NCBI GenBank assembly: GCA_905331535.1
Contig: CAJNZB010000090.1
Location: forward strand, 262,186-275,568
DNA from: Rotaria sp.
Taxonomy: Eukaryota
Length of the DNA: 13,383 bases
Reading direction: 5' to 3'
The notes beneath the pieces were generated by a model. That model saw only the letters and a list, made by a program, of their open reading frames with translations, searched no databases and was not told where the DNA came from. The number at the start of each line of letters is the position of its first letter. Position 1 is the stretch's first letter. Shown here one piece after another: positions 8,092 to 13,383 of this stretch. Both the position numbers and the translations under genes were made by a program.

Positions 8092-8479
8092 ATGGAAACT
8101 GATACTTGCTTTACAATTGATTTGAATAAGACAGACCATGATGATTCTGTTCTATTCGAACAAATACATAACGAATTGATTATGTCTGTTTATATCAAAG
8201 TCAAATGTGAAAATATTCTCGATGTAGATTATGAAAAAGCATGTCTTTATGTAATAAATGGTATCCATGAAATGGGCTGTTCATATGGTAAAGATCCAAA
8301 TGCATTGATTTCGTGTATCAAAGTACTGGCACTCAATTCGATACCTGAATCACCCATTTACCAAGAACAAATGTTGATCGTGAACTTCACTTTCATATAC
8401 AGCATTGTTCCTATGAGCGTAATGCTTCAGATTAAATTGGTTTATTTGTTGTTCAATATGATCGAACGGAACAAGGGAG
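8092..8479 (+). CDS. dioxygenase-like gene exon 1
   Basis: 129 codons plus 1 nt, ending ...LLFNMIERNKG. Donor G|GTAAAT at 8480. Confidence 0.6.
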
Positions 8480-8882
8480 GTAAATTTCAACTGGTCAGAA
8501 CTAAAGATATTATTGATATATTATCATGTGAAACAAAAGAATTATAGCGATGAAACATAAAATCATTGTACACGCTGCATATTGTACGAATGACAATGAT
8601 GCGGAATTGTTACCAATTACTTTAAACGATGAACGCATGCGTTATCAATATGATCTGATTGGTAAAGATCAATTGAAACACGAACGTGTTGATAAACAGA
8701 AAGCTATTGCTGAGCTCAATTCAATTATTTTTGATACGAATAAACTTAATATTTTTCAACCAATGCTAGACAATCATACGATAGTTTTATTCAACAATCA
8801 TAATTTCTTACATGGTCGAACCAAAATTCAAGGCATGGATCGGTATTTACTTCGCGTACGATTTAATTTAAAACATGAATGA
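8092..8882 (+). CDS. TauD/TfdA-family Fe(II)/2-oxoglutarate dioxygenase-like protein related to gamma-butyrobetaine/trimethyllysine hydroxylases; two exons, 240 aa; short N-terminus and non-canonical metal motif
   Basis: Track ORFs 8092..8547 and 8550..8882 are in different frames. A 68-nt intron (8480-8547, GTAAAT...TATAG) joins them exactly: G + CG gives an Ala codon, then MKHK. Remembered human BBOX1 segments align: FHTDYPALHHPPGVQLLHCIK with GIHEMGCSYGKDPNALISCIK, KHKIIELDDKGQVVRINFNN with KHKIIVHAAYCTNDNDAELLPITLND, and VITFDNWRLLHGR..(10)..R with IVLFNNHNFLHGRTKIQGMDRYLLR. An in-frame TGA at 8080-8082 fixes ATG 8092 as the start. Confidence 0.6.
8548..8882 (+). CDS. dioxygenase-like gene exon 2
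   Basis: Acceptor ttatAG at 8546-8547. Encodes (A)MKHKIIVHAAY...FLHGRTKIQGMDRYLLRVRFNLKHE, with the stop at 8880-8882. Confidence 0.65.
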
Positions 8883-9034
8883 TTGCTTTTACGATATGGA
8901 TCTCTTTTTTGATTTTGTTTTGACACTAAAATCTAATTTAAAAATAACTTGAATTCGTTTTCTCATCAATACAATGCTAGAATGCATGTGAAAGTTAAAA
9001 TATAGTATTTTGAAATCTGATTCTGAACTCATCT

Positions 9035-9040
9035 AATAAA
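9035..9040 (+). terminator. possible polyadenylation signal (AATAAA) for the dioxygenase-like gene
   Basis: This is the first canonical AATAAA downstream of the stop, 153 nt away. Confidence 0.25.
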
Positions 9041-11468
9041 GGATTCATTGATCTATAAAAACTGATAGTTATGCTGTTTAAATAGATTTTTTTTCTCGGA
9101 ACGATGCAAAATTCTTAATTATTAAAATCTACTCAATGAAACAGCGAATACGATCTCAAAAACTCAACAAGACTTTTTCACATAAATTTTGCATTTTTGA
9201 TTACATATTGTTCTTCTTCGAACTTTCAAGAAACATAATTGGATGATAAACAAAGTATTTTTTTATTTTATGCTGACAAGACAAGAAAAATAGATTTGTA
9301 AAGCACAATTACCATTATTGTTTTTCTTTTGAAGATCACTGATAACTACAGTATTGAATGAAAGGTGAATCGAATTTCACAATGATTCTTGAGAAATAAT
9401 TTAAACGCCGAAAACAAAAACGTTTTCTTGAAATAAAAATGAATCAAGATGATTCTAGAGAAGTCGATTATCCTATTCTTACCTTTAGATTCCTTCAATT
9501 CAAACCTGAGTGAAAAAGTCATGGTTTAAAAGACTCCCACGTAAAATGACGTTTTTTTTTTTGTTTTATCTTATTTTTTGTAGTAAAATCTAAGGAGTTC
9601 AGAGTTAGACCCAGTATTCATGCAAAAGACAAACTCTTCATACTACTTTGTAAACCTGTTTTTTTTTGTAAACTTAGTAGTTTTTTAATCAATTTATTAC
9701 AATTGAATTTTCAGTAACACATGCTGAGTTGAGTCCTGCAATGGTATGAAACTCATTATCTTACTCTAGAAAAAAGTTTCGTTCTGTGAAAATCTCAGTA
9801 ACACTGATTAGTTTCTATTAGAGGATTTTTAGCAATTTCAGGCAAAGTTCTTTAATCGAATTTTCTTTCGCTGAACAAGCTGTTAATGAAAAGATACTGT
9901 CTTGTTAAATTCAAAATTTAGTGCAAAAGTGTAGAATATGAAAAAATAGTGAGTTAGACTTGATCTTTAACAGTGGATTATGCCAATAAGTACGTAATTC
10001 TTTTTTCCTTTAGCATGTGTATAAATGTTATATGATTATGAAAAAAAAATAGTCATTAATGAATAGTGATGAAACAAACACGTAAAACATTTCTTTCAAA
10101 TGATCAGAACGAATGAAACTGAAAAAAAAATTCAACTATTTTTTGTTTAACACTATGCTAAAATATTTCATTCATTTAACGAGAAACAAAATTTCATACC
10201 TTCAGTCCATGGTATTTCTATATTTTTTATCCCATAAATTTTACATTACGAGATTGATACTTCAACTCTACCCTACTATAAGATCGAGTGTCAAGAATCT
10301 ATTATCGAGAGAAGAAGTATTAAAAATTGAACACGATGATACACTATTTTCTAATTCTTATAAGATATACCAAATAGATATGAAATTTTTAATAATGGTT
10401 GGGTTTATGTGTTATTATTCGAGTGATCTGAACTCTTCATTTTTTTAAAATTTACAACTAAATTTTACTTTATCAACAGAATCGTACTAGGAAGTCTATC
10501 TAGATGTTAATTAGCTTTTACAGTTCGTTTTTTTTGATAAATAAAGGAAAAACTATATCAAACAATATGTCTTTGTATACTAAACTACATAATGCATTCC
10601 TCATTTTGAGATCGCTGTTTTGCATAACAAAAAGTATATCAGCGATAGATAGCACTATCTTTTAGTCTGTTGAATAACGACATTTTAAGAAAAAAAAAAT
10701 CTGTATAAAGGCGTACAGAAAGTGTATACACCTTTTGTGTATTCTCTCTATATAAAATACTCGTCGATAATTGCAATCGATACGTCTAGATTGTTTGTAA
10801 TTCCAACATTGAAAATTCGATTTGAACGATGAAATATTTCGACGAAATGATCAAATATTAGATCGATTAGATTCAACATATTTTTGTTATTGATATAGCG
10901 TTATAAGAATGAGTCATACGCTAGAGAGATTTTTCCATAAGACATTATTCGTACAAACTTCCAACTGATCATTGACAAATAATATGTATTTGATATTGCT
11001 ATTTACAAATTAATTATGTGCCTTTTTTCATGTTGTTCGACAGATCACAAGAATTTGCAGTGCGACGTCGATCATAAAACTGGCAATGATCTTGCTTTGA
11101 TTATACATTCATAATTCGAATGGTACTACTTATCGAATAAAGGTTTTCCATTATTTTCCACATAAAATAACTTGACTAATACAAGAGTTGAGCGCTTTTT
11201 ATTCTCTTAGTCTTTCATTAATGCAACTTGATCATCGATCTTATTTCTTACTCTTTTTCTTTTATAATCTTTTCCGTACTGCCATCGGCTCATGACCGAG
11301 AACATATTTATCAAAAAACTCGCAACAAAAAGGTCGAAGAAACGAGAGAAAGTGCTTGTTATTAGTCGACTTTCGATAAGGAACTATTTGCTTACAAGCT
11401 GTTGGTTTGTGTGATGAAGAACGCAAGGTCCTCTTTTTTTTTTTCTTTCTCGTTCTCTGAAACGATAA

Positions 11469-11475
11469 TATAAAG
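11469..11475 (+). promoter_or_regulatory. candidate TATA box (TATAAAG) of the GST gene
   Basis: The motif aaTATAAAGgggg lies 63-69 nt upstream of the ATG at 11538. A long polypyrimidine run (about 11431-11459) immediately precedes it. Confidence 0.4.
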
Positions 11476-11537
11476 GGGGAAAAGAAATGTTATTCACAAC
11501 AAGATAAAAGAAAACGGACGCACACACAGGAAAGACT

Positions 11538-12152
11538 ATGTCGACATATAAGCTCTACTATTTCAATACACGTGGACGGGCAGAAACGGCTCGTTTGATT
11601 TTGGCTGCAGCCGGTCAGAAGTTTGACGATATTCGTTATGATCAAAATCAATGGCAATCACACAAGTCAGAAATGCCACTTGGACAACTACCTGTTCTTG
11701 AAGTAGACGGTGTCAAAATACCTCAATCATTGGCTATAGCTCGTTTTCTTGCTAAACAATTTCATCTCGCTGGTAAAGACAATATGGAACAAGCTCAAGC
11801 AGATGCTGTAGTCGATACAATTGCGGATGTAACTGCAAAATTCATTCCGATTATGTTTGAACAAGATCCAGACAAAAAGAAATTACTCGAAGAAAAATTT
11901 CAGAACGAAGAATTACCGAAATTACTCAATCAACTTGAAAGTTTAATGAAAGCATTCGGTAATGGTGGCCCATATTTTGTCGATAATAATCTTACATGGG
12001 CTGATCTACATTTCTATAACACCAGTCAAAGTATGTTATTACGCTATCCCAATATTCTTGATAAATATCCATCATTAAAATGCAATCGTGACCAAGTTGA
12101 AGCCAATTCAAATGTAGCAAATTATTTGAAGAGTCGACCGCAAACACAATAA
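11538..12152 (+). CDS. sigma-class glutathione S-transferase (GST / haematopoietic prostaglandin-D-synthase-like), 204 aa, intronless
   Basis: This is a single uninterrupted ORF. The N-terminal domain matches the sigma GST signature: YKL.YFN.RGRAE..RL......F.D.R......W...K...[11 protein letters not shown]....QS.AI.R(F/Y)LA. The catalytic Tyr lies in KLYYFN, and an alpha-helical C-terminal domain of the expected length follows. Confidence 0.92.
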   Translation: MSTYKLYYFNTRGRAETARLILAAAGQKFDDIRYDQNQWQSHKSEMPLGQLPVLEVDGVKIPQSLAIARFLAKQFHLAGKDNMEQAQADAVVDTIADVTAKFIPIMFEQDPDKKKLLEEKFQNEELPKLLNQLESLMKAFGNGGPYFVDNNLTWADLHFYNTSQSMLLRYPNILDKYPSLKCNRDQVEANSNVANYLKSRPQTQ

Positions 12153-12153
12153 A
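12148..12153 (+). terminator. AATAAA overlapping the GST stop codon (possible poly(A) signal)
   Basis: The sequence cAATAAAatt includes the TAA stop at 12150-12152. Confidence 0.3.
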
Positions 12154-12188
12154 ATTAGTTTATTGACATTTTTTGATTTTGATACAAA

Positions 12189-12198
12189 AATAAATAAA
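12189..12198 (+). terminator. tandem overlapping AATAAA motifs (AATAAATAAA), likely GST poly(A) signal
   Basis: The motifs lie 37-46 nt downstream of the GST stop. Confidence 0.4.
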
Positions 12199-13383
12199 TT
12201 CCATTAAATACTATTGCAAGAAATGAAAGAATATTTTCTGTTCAGTTTCATGTCATTTAGTGTTACAGTAATGTTGTATTTTACATAGCCAAGGTTAATC
12301 CGGAATGTGAGTATGCATGTAAGTTTCGATGGAGCATGACTGTACTAGTATGGCTGTAGAGAACATTCACACTCATACACTCAACCAAATCTTAACCTAA
12401 CAGTGTTCTATACGATTAGGAGACTCAGCAATGAAACTATTGGGCAAGTCCAATCGCTAGCAACAAAATCGCGAACATGATGACTCTCATTGATTCTGAA
12501 ACCTCTGCTGTTTAATGCTGAAGAAGCCGAGATTTAAAAATGAGTCAACAGTTCAAGAACAGGCAGAAATAATATGAGAACAGTGACTTTTCATTTCAGT
12601 CTGTAGGCTCAATTTTTCCAGAGCTTAATACCACTCATTCGCATCCTAAACGAATTTCTTTCATTTCTGTTGCTGAATCAAATTTATTCAAATCAAATGG
12701 AGGATTGTATGAGCTGTCAGTCTGATGGAAGAAAAAAAACCATTACATGCTACATACGTCAACTACATTCGTCGTCTTTTGTTTTCGTTTACTTTTTATT
12801 TGTTGGTGCAAATGTTGTGCTTGTTGTCAGATCACATATTGACTCATGTTGTTTTTCTATGGAAGAAAGGAGAATAAGCCATCTTTCAAAACAATTCATT
12901 TTAACAATTCATTTTCATTTTTCTCTTTCGACAAACACCAACGAACGAAAATCAAGAACACCTTTTGTGAAATTTCAATTGTTGCTCAATAATCTTAGAC
13001 ACAATCAATTTAATATTCGTTTCCTGCATTTTTTTATAGTTCAATCTGTTTGAAAAAAATCTCAATCCACTTGAACAGTCACAGAAAATAACGGAACGAT
13101 TTTGCATCTAATCACTTTGTAAGTTTACATCATAACATGAATATCTACAGTTTTTTATGCAAATCTGTTGAAAACTAGGTTTCATTTTACACGAGAAAGA
13201 TAATGGTTTCAGGATGAATTTGCATCTGAATGTGTGATATGTAAGAAATGTTTGTATTTCGATGAACTATTCTCCTCAATTAAATTCGATCAGAAAGTTT
13301 CTTTCCTATGCTAAGAGTCAAATAATTTCGTATCGAATCTATTGATATATTCTGTTTTTAATGAGTATTTACAGTTTCTTTGT

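Noticed and set aside
8380-8430. Possible in-frame 51-nt intron (GTGAAC...CTTCAG) within dioxygenase-like exon 1
   Set aside because: Retaining it keeps the spacing between the CIK and KHKII landmarks at 57 residues, close to the 55 in remembered BBOX1. The donor is also weaker than all others in the window. It is treated as coding, but RNA-seq could overturn this.
8568-8579. VHAAY (His-x-Ala) as a halogenase-style metal motif in the dioxygenase-like protein
   Set aside because: Alignment to BBOX1 places this segment in the KHKIIELDD strand, not at the metal site. The aligned metal-motif position is H59-E60-M61 in exon 1.
10113-10448. Track ORF 10113..10448 (111 aa, plus strand)
   Set aside because: The product is F/L/Y/K/I/N-rich and typical of AT-rich non-coding DNA. 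Its length is only marginally unusual, and I see no motif or gene signals.
11538-12152. The intronless GST as a retrogene or horizontally acquired gene
   Set aside because: There is no flanking poly(A) tract, target-site duplication or compositional contrast with its neighbours. Intron absence in a 615-nt gene is unremarkable.
12670-13053. Track ORF 12670..13053 (127 aa, TTG start)
   Set aside because: It has a non-ATG start and lies in a T-rich stretch that naturally avoids stops. The peptide is a low-complexity F/L/S/V sequence with no recognisable domain. It cannot be fully excluded.
1-13383. Prokaryotic-style features: operons, CRISPR arrays, defence systems, Shine-Dalgarno-led ORFs, tRNA or rRNA genes
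   Set aside because: There are no repeat-spacer arrays and no T-loop or anticodon-arm-like tRNA signatures. The gene structures are clearly spliceosomal. The window is an ordinary, if interesting, eukaryotic gene neighbourhood.

Overview
This window is eukaryotic (metazoan-like), not prokaryotic. By eye it is about one-third GC. Homology-bearing coding segments are split by GT..AG introns, mostly 49-64 nt, and genes end near AATAAA signals. The six-frame ORF track therefore misses or fragments the real genes. I support four genes. (1) 1..348 (-) is the 5' part of a secreted Cys/Ser/Thr-rich protein that runs off the left edge and is absent from the ORF track. (2) 3157..7546 (-) is a complete 17-exon SLC13/DASS (NaDC/INDY-type) carboxylate/sulfate transporter. 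I reconstructed it by hand; it is 1662 coding nt, 553 aa, and every junction closes the frame. (3) 8092..8882 (+) is a two-exon, 240-aa TauD-family protein resembling gamma-butyrobetaine/trimethyllysine hydroxylases. It is N-terminally short and reads His-Glu-Met where the iron-binding HxD should be. It sits head-to-head with the transporter across 545 bp. (4) 11538..12152 (+) is an intronless 204-aa sigma-class glutathione S-transferase. Weaker candidates are an orphan 132-codon ORF at 2109..2507 (-) and a possible three-exon, 51-aa secreted-peptide gene at 12204..12490 (-) convergent with the GST. I found no rRNA, tRNA, CRISPR array, recognisable transposon or prokaryotic-style defence or operon system. 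All homology statements come from remembered family motifs and sequences, not database searches.
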